Shown: positions 21,419 through 29,869 of the stretch, one piece after another
How positions within the stretch are numbered: position 1 is the stretch's first letter
Layout: every line of letters starts with the position of its first letter
IMG/VR virus record: IMGVR_UViG_3300023110_000006
DNA: 64,000 nt
Origin: a virus
Strand: one strand, 5' to 3'
Notes under the pieces: generated by a model
Seen by the model: the letters and a program-made list of their open reading frames with translations, nothing else
Told to the model about the DNA's origin: nothing
The model's database searches: none
Made by a program: the position numbers and the translations under genes

Positions 21419-21431
21419 CGGAGACAAAAAA

Positions 21432-21752
21432 ATGGCAACAGGAAGAATAGGAGCGGCGGATTTAGCAAGTGGTACAAATACTACCGTATATACGTGTCCA
21501 GCAGATACGTATACTGTAGCAAGTGTTAACATCTGCAATAGAGGTAACCAAGCTACCGCTGTAAGAGTGGCTGTAGCGGCCGCTGATGTTCCAATAAACA
21601 GCGAATATATAGAATATAACACTGAAATATTATCAAAAGGTGTTTTAGAACGTACAGGTATAGTACTAGCGGCTGGGCAAAAAATTGTAGTTTATAGCTC
21701 AAGCGCAAATATATCGGCAGTAGCTATGGGGATAGAAACCTCAACGGCATAA
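21432..21752 (+). CDS. Small virion structural protein
   Basis: 106 aa, SD GGAG, follows a fibre gene as its paralogue 10371 does. Confidence 0.55.
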   Translation: MATGRIGAADLASGTNTTVYTCPADTYTVASVNICNRGNQATAVRVAVAAADVPINSEYIEYNTEILSKGVLERTGIVLAAGQKIVVYSSSANISAVAMGIETSTA

Positions 21753-21755
21753 ATA
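21748..21755 (+). promoter_or_regulatory. Late promoter motif CATAAATA
   Basis: Overlaps the stop of 21432, upstream of 21777. Confidence 0.55.
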
Positions 21756-21776
21756 CAATAGGAGAAGGATAAAACC

Positions 21777-22109
21777 ATGGGAAGATACATAACAACAACT
21801 GGTACTGCTGGGGTTACTACCAAGACAGTCAGTGGAAGCGTAGACGCTGTAGTTAATGACAGACTTTTAGTTGATACATCAGGCGGCGCTTATACAGTCA
21901 CGTTACCGGCAAACGCAACTTTACTTGTTGATGACACAATACAAATTATTGATATTGCAAACAACGCGGCAAGTAATAATATTACTGTTGCTCGTAACGG
22001 AAGTGAAATTAACGACGCGGCAGACAATCTAACAATTGATGTTAACGGTGCTATTGTAACTTTGATTTACAGTGGATCAACATACGGTTGGATCGTTGGC
22101 GCAGTATAA
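21777..22109 (+). CDS. Small fibre/baseplate connector protein (T4 gp9/gp10-like domain)
   Basis: VDTSGGAYTVTLPA...IQIID...NNITVARNGSEI...LIY...GW pattern. Confidence 0.55.
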   Translation: MGRYITTTGTAGVTTKTVSGSVDAVVNDRLLVDTSGGAYTVTLPANATLLVDDTIQIIDIANNAASNNITVARNGSEINDAADNLTIDVNGAIVTLIYSGSTYGWIVGAV

Positions 22110-22131
22110 TAGATAGTAAAGGAAAGTAGAT

Positions 22132-23088
22132 ATGGCATCATTAGAAGCGTTATTAAAAGCTAAGATACCCGCAGGTACAGAAGACAACCTTGAAACGGGG
22201 CGTATCTACAGTTTTACTGAGGGTAACACTTATACAAAATTTTGTAAACAAATTTGTTGGTGTCCAAATAGTAATGGTACAGCAATAATTGAAATTTGGG
22301 GTGCTGGTGGTTCCGGTGCAAAAATGTGTTGTTGCGGTGGAGGAATTCCAGGTAATTCAGGATCATATTCAAGAAAAGAAATTTCTATGAGTTCGAGCAA
22401 TACTATTACGGGTTGTACAGGATTTGCTTGTGGTAATTCTGATGCACTATGTTTTAGAGGTTGTTCAGAACCTACAATGATTTGTTGGTTTAGTACAACT
22501 AGTAATGGTTGTATGTGTGCTAGAGGTGGTAAAGGTGGTGTAAGTATTTGTTCAACGTCTCCGAGCATGTACTGTTGCTTTAGAGCAAACGGATTTTGTT
22601 ACACTAACACAGGACCAAACTGCGGAACAATTTGTAATCAGTGTACAGGACAATGGGACGCTATTGCATATGGCGGTGATATTAACAGATGCGGAAATAT
22701 AGGGTGTATGGGATTCCATGGTTGCTATCCACAATGTATTTGTCTGTTTAGATCATTTGTTGCATTTCCTCCGGGCATGATTGCAGAATGTGGTGGATTT
22801 GTATCCTACGGAATGGCAGGTGATTCAGCTCACGCTCGTTGGTCAGGAGGTGGTCAACTAGAAGCTATTGCAATGATTAACGGAGCAGGTAAATCACCAG
22901 GACACGGTATTCCTTGGAAGGGTTGTTATAGAAGTGATACAAGCTGTGGCTGTTACAATACAAACGGATGTATGAGTACATTGCCATACGGTGTTGGTGG
23001 TCCTGGACCTCAACCATGCCCAGGTGTGAGAGATCATGCTACCAGAGGTGGTATGGGAGCATTAAGAATTAAGTTTATAGAATCGTAG
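22132..23088 (+). CDS. Cys-rich, Gly-rich fibre-tip/adhesin-like protein
   Basis: 318 aa, 31 Cys by my count; EIWGAGGSG...GGMGALRIKF. Confidence 0.7.
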   Translation: MASLEALLKAKIPAGTEDNLETGRIYSFTEGNTYTKFCKQICWCPNSNGTAIIEIWGAGGSGAKMCCCGGGIPGNSGSYSRKEISMSSSNTITGCTGFACGNSDALCFRGCSEPTMICWFSTTSNGCMCARGGKGGVSICSTSPSMYCCFRANGFCYTNTGPNCGTICNQCTGQWDAIAYGGDINRCGNIGCMGFHGCYPQCICLFRSFVAFPPGMIAECGGFVSYGMAGDSAHARWSGGGQLEAIAMINGAGKSPGHGIPWKGCYRSDTSCGCYNTNGCMSTLPYGVGGPGPQPCPGVRDHATRGGMGALRIKFIES

Positions 23089-23097
23089 AGGTAAGAA

Positions 23098-24054
23098 ATG
23101 GCAAGTTTAAAAAGTATTTTAGTATCCAGAAGTGGAACAAGTCAAGAAGAAAACATCGAAAAAGGAAAGGTGTTTGCTTATTCAACGGTTGCTTCTTATA
23201 CTACATACCCAGGATGTTTTTGTTGGATTTCTCCAGGAACAGGTGACGTAGAAATTGAAGTTATTGGTGCAGGCGGATCAGGATCTAGAATGTGCTGTTG
23301 TTCAGCAACCATTTCAGGAAACTCAGGTGCATATGCCAAAAAAGCAATTACAGTAGCGGCAGGATGCTGGATTTGTGGACATGCTGGAAAGAGTTGTAGA
23401 AATAATTCACTTTGCCATAGAGGATGTTCAGAACCTGGCAGGGTATGTTGGCAAGGTAACAGCGGATCAAATGGCTGTATGTGTGCTCAAGGCGGTTGGT
23501 CAGGAGCAAGTTGGTGTACAACTGGTACAGCACGTAGATGCTGTTTTGCGGCAAACTCATGGTGTAATACATCATACAACGGTTACTGCGGTATTGTTTG
23601 TAACAGATGTACAAATAGTTGGTGTAACCAGGCTTACGGTGGAGATGTAAACAGAGATGGCGTACTTAGTTGTGTAACATTTTGGCACTGCTATCCAAAC
23701 TGTAACTGTTCAACTATTCATCATACTGCACTTCCTCCAGGAATGTTTAGTGAGTGCGGCGGTGTAGCATCATATTCAATGGACAGTGATAATGGACACG
23801 CTCAATGGTCCGGTATGGCACTTAATGGCTATATCAATGCACTAAATAGTTTGTCGAGAATGCCAGGTTCAGGTACTTTATGGTCTGAATGTTGGGATGG
23901 AAACAGACAGTGTCAGTGTTATGACACACAAGGTTGTTCAATGTTTGTACCACACGGTTCAGGTGGTCCAGCGGCGAGTCCATGTAGCGGTGTTCGCGAC
24001 AATGGTTGGGCAGGCGGCGATGCCTTAATTAGAATCAAATATGTAGAAAGTTAA
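23098..24054 (+). CDS. Cys-rich, Gly-rich fibre-tip/adhesin-like protein
   Basis: 318 aa, 31 Cys by my count; EVIGAGGSG...GGDALIRIKY; tandem paralogue of 22132. Confidence 0.7.
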   Translation: MASLKSILVSRSGTSQEENIEKGKVFAYSTVASYTTYPGCFCWISPGTGDVEIEVIGAGGSGSRMCCCSATISGNSGAYAKKAITVAAGCWICGHAGKSCRNNSLCHRGCSEPGRVCWQGNSGSNGCMCAQGGWSGASWCTTGTARRCCFAANSWCNTSYNGYCGIVCNRCTNSWCNQAYGGDVNRDGVLSCVTFWHCYPNCNCSTIHHTALPPGMFSECGGVASYSMDSDNGHAQWSGMALNGYINALNSLSRMPGSGTLWSECWDGNRQCQCYDTQGCSMFVPHGSGGPAASPCSGVRDNGWAGGDALIRIKYVES

Positions 24055-24068
24055 ATGGAGATAGAGAA

Positions 24069-24764
24069 ATGCCTATTAGAAAAACAATAACAGTTGCTTA
24101 TCCAGACGAACCGTACAAAACAACAACGGACGCTGGTAAGACATTTGAAATGACCTATACAGGTCCGAGATACATTCTTTGTCAAGTAGACAGAGATGAT
24201 GATCAAGTAAGAGAAGCTGGCAGAGGTGACAAAGCTGATGCGAAAGAACTTGATCCAGCAGGATACGAGCAGGATGATTATGATTATATCGTAATTGATG
24301 CTTCAGAAAGCGATGCAATGTGCCTAAGAGCGGCATATATGACAGACGAATATGAACATGCTGATATTGCTGATTATGAAGAAACTATTACAGATGCAAA
24401 CGGAGATACATCTACGTATAACCACATATACGAAGGTACTACTGGAATGCTACCAAACATTTATTGGGCAGACAGCTTGTATTACAATCATGAAACAAGC
24501 ACATGGTCAGGTCCAAACTTTAGAGAACATGTAAATTCAAGAGAAAGCACAGTACAAAGCTACGCAAATATTGCGGCGTGTATGAGACGTGCTTTAGCAG
24601 ATTCTAACCAAACATTTACAGATGAAGAGCGTACACTAATGACTAATCATTGTACTTGGTTGGAAAATGTTGACACATTGTATGCTGGTATTAATCACTG
24701 GAAATGGCCTTTCCCAGAAACAGTAATGCCATACTACTTTGATCCAGACACAGATACAGCATAA
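24069..24764 (+). CDS. Probable tail-fibre assembly chaperone
   Basis: Acidic 231-aa protein directly after the fibre-tip genes; the C-terminal helix-helix-WPFP pattern resembles phage tail assembly chaperones. Confidence 0.45.
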   Translation: MPIRKTITVAYPDEPYKTTTDAGKTFEMTYTGPRYILCQVDRDDDQVREAGRGDKADAKELDPAGYEQDDYDYIVIDASESDAMCLRAAYMTDEYEHADIADYEETITDANGDTSTYNHIYEGTTGMLPNIYWADSLYYNHETSTWSGPNFREHVNSRESTVQSYANIAACMRRALADSNQTFTDEERTLMTNHCTWLENVDTLYAGINHWKWPFPETVMPYYFDPDTDTA

Positions 24765-24789
24765 TTTAAAAATTTCTCTATCCAATATT

Positions 24790-24839
24790 AACCGGACTTA
24801 ACCTATATTAAGAATATATACTGTTGAGTCCGGTTTTTT
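24790..24839 (+). terminator. Long hairpin followed by U-tract
   Basis: AACCGGACTTAAC (24790-24802) pairs with GTTGAGTCCGGTT (24823-24835, one G-U), running into a T-tract. Confidence 0.6.
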
Positions 24840-24856
24840 AATGGAGAAAATTTAAT

Positions 24857-25807
24857 ATGACAAAAAGATCAAAAGCCTTTTTCTTAAACGGAGGTGCTGG
24901 CCGTATGCTTTGTTCAATACCAGCATTAGAACTATACGCCAAAGAATCAGGTGATGATGATTTTGTAATTGTATGCGAAGGCGGTACAGATATGTTTAAA
25001 GGTCATCCTGTACTACATGAAAAAGCATACGATCCTTGGCATAAAAATTTATTTAAAGATGTCATAAAACACAGACAAGTTGTTAATCCAGAACCATACC
25101 AAGTGTGGGAATACTATAATCAAAAATGTAGTTTGGCACAAGCGTTTGATATTATTTTAAACAATAAAGGTGTTAGAGAATTACCTAAGCCATACTTAAA
25201 GTTAAGTAAAGATGAATTACTGGTAGGTAGAAAACTAGTAAATGAAGTTAAAGAAAAATTAAAGAAAGATAAAATTATAGTTTTCCAACCTTTTGGTAGA
25301 GGAATTGAGATAATAGACGATACACCTATTGACCATACAGCAAGAAGTTTTGAATTTAAAGATGTAAAAAAATTATTAAAAATCTTAGAAAAAGATTATG
25401 GCATAGTAATGATGAGTGAATTAAAAATAGAACTCAAAGGCGAGGGACTTAAACACGAGGTAGCTATGCCTGAAGGTTTAAGTTTAAGACAATGGGTTGG
25501 ATTAATAAAATTTGCAGATCATTTTTTAGGATGTGACAGCGTAGGACAACATTTATCGTATGCAGTTGATACACCAACTACAGCAGTAATAGGAAGTACT
25601 TTTCCTATAAATGTAAGTTATCCTAATCAAGAAACATTAAAAATTGTAGATCTAGGAATGAATGATAGGATATACGATCCTATTAGAATTACTATGGATG
25701 AAGGTACTACAAGACATAATGAAAATATAATGGCTATGAATGATGAAATTATTAAATATCTAGTAGGCGTTATCAACCGAGAAATAGATCCTGACAAAGA
25801 AAAATGA
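24857..25807 (+). CDS. GT9-family (ADP-heptose heptosyltransferase-like) glycosyltransferase
   Basis: N-terminal GGAGRMLCSIPAL; C-terminal LIKFADHFLGCDSVGQHLSYAVDTPTTAVIGST matches the GT9 pattern ADxxIGxDSGxxHLAxAxxxPTxxLFGPT. Confidence 0.75.
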   Translation: MTKRSKAFFLNGGAGRMLCSIPALELYAKESGDDDFVIVCEGGTDMFKGHPVLHEKAYDPWHKNLFKDVIKHRQVVNPEPYQVWEYYNQKCSLAQAFDIILNNKGVRELPKPYLKLSKDELLVGRKLVNEVKEKLKKDKIIVFQPFGRGIEIIDDTPIDHTARSFEFKDVKKLLKILEKDYGIVMMSELKIELKGEGLKHEVAMPEGLSLRQWVGLIKFADHFLGCDSVGQHLSYAVDTPTTAVIGSTFPINVSYPNQETLKIVDLGMNDRIYDPIRITMDEGTTRHNENIMAMNDEIIKYLVGVINREIDPDKEK

Positions 25808-26664
25808 AACGCTTATTTTCAATAGGTTGCTCATTTACAAATTATGCATGGCCTACATGGGCTGATATGTTAGGTAATCACTTTGACCATTATGAAAATT
25901 GGGCATTTGCAGGTTTAGGCAATACTGCTATTGCAGAACGTCTTGCAGAATTACATGCTAGAGAAAATCTAACACAAAATGATACTGTTGTAATTCAATG
26001 GACAAGTCATTTAAGACATGACTGGCATACTAATGATCAACGACACGAAGTAGCAAAAGGTATTGGTTGGAAAACTTCTGGTAGTATTTTTAATTATATT
26101 AATCAAGATATTTTTGATAGACGCTGGATAGAAACATTTTGGGACGAAAATAGTTATATGATGCACACTTGTAATCATATACTCTTAGCTCAAAATTTTT
26201 TGCGTAGTATAGGTTGTACTTGGCGTATGACTAGTATGGGATATATCCATAAAATGAATAGTGATTATCCAGTAGACGAACATGGAGAAAAAACACCGCA
26301 GTCTAACTTATGGAAAGATGTACCTTCTTTGAAAATATACCAAAAAATATTTGAAAATAAAAAAGACTGGATTATACCTATTGGAACTTTTGCATGGAAC
26401 CATAGTACACCACCTTATAAATTTAAAAGCCATAATAGTCCTACATTTACAGATGATAAACATCCCACAGTATTACAACATGCAGACTATGTTAAAACAC
26501 ATGTACTACCTAGTTTAGGCATGAACCAGAATCTAGCCGAGAAAACAAAAAATTGGATAGATAATGTAAACAACTTATATGAAAACAGTCATAAAGATTT
26601 TGATTACTTTTGTGAAAGTGTAGATAAAACTTTAGACTGGAGAACAGATTACAGAGGATTTTAA
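25804..26664 (+). CDS. SGNH-hydrolase-like protein (possible sugar O-acyl transferase/esterase)
   Basis: GCSFT block-I-like motif, GLGN, C-terminal DDKHP (DxxH); ATGA overlap with the GT9 stop. Confidence 0.5.
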   Translation: MKRLFSIGCSFTNYAWPTWADMLGNHFDHYENWAFAGLGNTAIAERLAELHARENLTQNDTVVIQWTSHLRHDWHTNDQRHEVAKGIGWKTSGSIFNYINQDIFDRRWIETFWDENSYMMHTCNHILLAQNFLRSIGCTWRMTSMGYIHKMNSDYPVDEHGEKTPQSNLWKDVPSLKIYQKIFENKKDWIIPIGTFAWNHSTPPYKFKSHNSPTFTDDKHPTVLQHADYVKTHVLPSLGMNQNLAEKTKNWIDNVNNLYENSHKDFDYFCESVDKTLDWRTDYRGF

Positions 26665-26665
26665 T

Positions 26666-28468
26666 ATGAGCAAACCAGTTTGGATAGCAGGCATAGCACG
26701 AGGTCATAACGCAGGTGTTTGTTTACTTAAAGACGGAGAAGTAGTTTTTTCAATTGAAGAGGAGAGACTAAGTAGACAGAAATACGACGGCGGTCCTTTT
26801 GCTTCAATGGTAAAAATTTTAGAATACACAGACAAACTAGATTATTTGGTTGTAGCTCACACACAACCATTAGCAGAAACTGCCGGAAGAGTTGATTATA
26901 GTGGAGATGATGTATATACAGGTTTAGCTCGTAAATTAGGATTAATTGATGCAAAAGCAAATGCATACACTATGGAGCATCCTCAAGTAATTGACTTAGC
27001 ATTCATGCATCACAAATTACACAGTGCTTGTGCGTTTTATCGTAGTGGATTTGATAGTGCAGTTAGTGTTATTGTAGATGGCGCAGGTACTTTTGTTCCT
27101 CTAGGTATTAACAATGAACAAATTATGAGTTGGGAAACAGAAAGTATTATTGACTGCGAATATCCGTCCAATTTTACAACCTTACATAAAGTTTATGGAG
27201 TTAGAGAACCTGTCCAAGGCGGCATTGTTGAAATGGACAGTAAACAGTTTGGAGAAAACGGAAAAACACATACAGCTATTGTAAGTGATAGAGCAGGTAT
27301 TGTAAAAGCATACGAAGCGGCTACAATGTACTGTGGTTGGTCAAGTATTGAAGCAGGTAAAACTATGGGGTTATTTCCTTATGGTAAATCAAACGATAAT
27401 TTTCCAAAATTATTTGAAGAAGATGTAGACTATCCGTTAACAAATAGGAATGTTGTTGTACCTAACTATCCTAACGGTGCATTCATAAATGCAGGGTTGT
27501 ATAAAGAATTAAATGAAGTTCCTAAACCTAATGAAGATGTAACACTATTACAAAGTAGAAGAGACATTGCGTATGCTGTACAAACAGAAACACAAGAAAA
27601 AGTTCTAGAATTAATTTTAAAAGCTGTTGAAATGACTGGCAAAAATAAAGTTGTACTTAGTGGTGGCTACGGATTAAATTGTGTAGCAAATTATTACTAC
27701 TTAGAAACTTTACGTGAAAAAGGTATAGAACTTTATGTAGAGCCTGTATCTAATGATGCTGGTACTGCAATGGGCGCGGCAATGATGTTCTGGTATGGCT
27801 TAGAAGATGAAATAGAAAAGCGTCAAACGCAAACTTTATATCTAGGACCAAGATATCTTTATACAGATCAACAGTTAAATGATCTAACAAATGAAGATGG
27901 CATTGAAATGAAAAATGCTACACTTGAAGATATTGTAGATTTATTAACAGAAAAAAACATTGTAACAATTTTCCAAGGACAAAGCGAAAACGGACCAAGA
28001 GCATTGGGTAATAGAAGTGTGCTATTTGATCCTAGTTTTGAAGATGGTAAGGATTATGTTAATCAAGTAAAACGTAGAGAATATTTTAGACCTTTTGCAG
28101 GATCTATTCTAGCAGAAGATGTACACGAATGGTTCGATCTACGAGGAATGAAAGATAGTCCGCATATGATGTATGCTGTGAATTGTAAAGATGGTATAGC
28201 AGAAAAAATTCCTAGTATTATTCATATTGATGGTACATGCCGTATTCAAACTGTTACTAGAGAACAGAATCCACATTATTATGATCTAATATCAAAATTT
28301 AAAGAAAAAACAGGATTACCTATTGTATTTAACACTAGCTTCAATCTAGGTGGTGAACCTTTAGTTGAAAAACTTGAAGATGCTATATGGACCTTAAAAA
28401 ATAGTGAAATAGAATATCTATACCTAGCAGAATATGGAAAATTAATTACAATTAAAAATCCATCTTAG
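26666..28468 (+). CDS. O-carbamoyltransferase (NodU/CmcH/TobZ family)
   Basis: EEERLSRQK, HHKLHSACAF, VDGAG, GKTMGL, GGYGLNCVAN, DAGTAMGAA, GPRALGNRS, KRREYFRPFA, HIDGTCRIQTV, NTSFNLGGEP. Confidence 0.93.
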   Translation: MSKPVWIAGIARGHNAGVCLLKDGEVVFSIEEERLSRQKYDGGPFASMVKILEYTDKLDYLVVAHTQPLAETAGRVDYSGDDVYTGLARKLGLIDAKANAYTMEHPQVIDLAFMHHKLHSACAFYRSGFDSAVSVIVDGAGTFVPLGINNEQIMSWETESIIDCEYPSNFTTLHKVYGVREPVQGGIVEMDSKQFGENGKTHTAIVSDRAGIVKAYEAATMYCGWSSIEAGKTMGLFPYGKSNDNFPKLFEEDVDYPLTNRNVVVPNYPNGAFINAGLYKELNEVPKPNEDVTLLQSRRDIAYAVQTETQEKVLELILKAVEMTGKNKVVLSGGYGLNCVANYYYLETLREKGIELYVEPVSNDAGTAMGAAMMFWYGLEDEIEKRQTQTLYLGPRYLYTDQQLNDLTNEDGIEMKNATLEDIVDLLTEKNIVTIFQGQSENGPRALGNRSVLFDPSFEDGKDYVNQVKRREYFRPFAGSILAEDVHEWFDLRGMKDSPHMMYAVNCKDGIAEKIPSIIHIDGTCRIQTVTREQNPHYYDLISKFKEKTGLPIVFNTSFNLGGEPLVEKLEDAIWTLKNSEIEYLYLAEYGKLITIKNPS

Positions 28469-28484
28469 GCTTTGAGTAAACTCC

Positions 28485-28492
28485 GATAAATA
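28485..28492 (+). promoter_or_regulatory. Late promoter motif GATAAATA
   Basis: Intergenic, before 28511. Confidence 0.65.
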
Positions 28493-28510
28493 CTACAAAG
28501 CGAGTTTATT

Positions 28511-28903
28511 ATGATTGATTTAAACAAATATTTCAAAAAAGGTTTACGTAACACTGTATTATTAGCTAATAATGCACAACTTTCTTATGCAGGCCGATGG
28601 CAAGAGGTTTATAGTAATCTACCTATTGACAGATGGCATGTAGGTGATTTTTCTAGTGCAGAATATACACTCAATGTAGAATTAGGAAAAGACAGAAAAG
28701 AAATTATTAAATGTTTGGTCTCTGCAACACCTAATAAAGCAAGCATAGTTGTGTACGGACGCACTAGCACGAATGGTGATATTGTTGATGTAAGTGCTAC
28801 TGTTACAGATTCATATGTAGAACTTGTTCTAAATCCAAAAACAACTGCTGAACAAGGCGCAAAAGCATTCTTTGCGGCGCAATATTTTAGAAGTCATACA
28901 TAA
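28511..28903 (+). CDS. Hypothetical virion protein
   Basis: 130-aa ORF behind a late promoter in the structural region. Confidence 0.55.
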   Translation: MIDLNKYFKKGLRNTVLLANNAQLSYAGRWQEVYSNLPIDRWHVGDFSSAEYTLNVELGKDRKEIIKCLVSATPNKASIVVYGRTSTNGDIVDVSATVTDSYVELVLNPKTTAEQGAKAFFAAQYFRSHT

Positions 28904-28913
28904 ACTGTATACG

Positions 28914-28921
28914 GATAAATA
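28914..28921 (+). promoter_or_regulatory. Late promoter motif GATAAATA
   Basis: Intergenic, before SD GGAG and ATG 28943. Confidence 0.65.
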
Positions 28922-28942
28922 TATTATATTGGAGAAGAATTA

Positions 28943-29866
28943 ATGGCAGTTGATAATCGTCAGTTTGAATCAGAGTTTGGATTTAAAAGTCCTGGATTTT
29001 CTGTTGATGCAAACGGAAACATAACTGCAACAAGTATTAATGCGGCAGGAGCCGGCGGCGGTGGCGGCGCTTCTGGTGATTATAGTGTAACTACAACGGG
29101 TGGAAATTTTAGATTTACAAGTAATGACTTTACTGTAGGTGCAGGAGATAATCCCGAAATTACACTTACAAGAGGAACAAGTTATTCGTTTACTTTATCT
29201 ATCACAACAGGTACTTGGAACATTTTAACAACAGGTAATGTTTTATATAGCACAGGAATTGAACATACTGCTGATGATGGATCTATAACGAATGGAGCAG
29301 ATGCTCAAGGTAAAACATCTGGTAAGTTTGTTTTCCAAGTTCCAGGTGATGCACCTGATACATTAAGATATGGTGATGCAGATGGTAATCCGTTTGGTGT
29401 TATAACTGTAACTGATCCTGCGGCACTAGATGCTACTTTTGCAAACCTAACTGCAACTGGTACAACTACTCTACAAAATTTAACAGCAAGTGAGCTTACA
29501 GTCTCAGGTAATGGTACTGTTTCTGGAGACTTTAAAGTTGAAGGTAAGTTAACCGGTGATAGTTTGATTATCGATGGTAGAGGTGTTGCAGAAATTAATT
29601 CACAAACAAATATTGTTTTAGATGCTGGCAATAAAATTGATATTATTGTCAACAACGGATTAATAGGTGTAGTAGAAGAAGATGGTACAACATTGCCTGT
29701 TAAAGATACATCTATAAACAACACCACTATAGGAGTTACAACGCCGAGCTCAGCAGTATTTACAACTGGTTCAGTAAACACACAACCTACTACTGCAAAT
29801 GGCATAAGTAATAAGATATATACAGATAACACAGCTACAGCATTAGCGATTGCACTTGGGGTATAA
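28943..29866 (+). CDS. Virion structural protein with degenerate (ligand-less) cupredoxin-like domain
   Basis: NPEITLTRGTSYSF...FQVPGDAPDTLRY parallels 10711 PTLNLYEGQVYTF...FTVPVNAPTLYY; ends ALAIALGV. Confidence 0.55.
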   Translation: MAVDNRQFESEFGFKSPGFSVDANGNITATSINAAGAGGGGGASGDYSVTTTGGNFRFTSNDFTVGAGDNPEITLTRGTSYSFTLSITTGTWNILTTGNVLYSTGIEHTADDGSITNGADAQGKTSGKFVFQVPGDAPDTLRYGDADGNPFGVITVTDPAALDATFANLTATGTTTLQNLTASELTVSGNGTVSGDFKVEGKLTGDSLIIDGRGVAEINSQTNIVLDAGNKIDIIVNNGLIGVVEEDGTTLPVKDTSINNTTIGVTTPSSAVFTTGSVNTQPTTANGISNKIYTDNTATALAIALGV

Positions 29867-29869
29867 TTA

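Noticed and set aside
1-24054. Cys-rich paralogues as DGR template/variable regions or RiPP precursors
   Set aside because: Differences are not adenine-specific, no reverse transcriptase or radical-SAM maturase is present, and the proteins are 318 aa with a fibre-type scaffold
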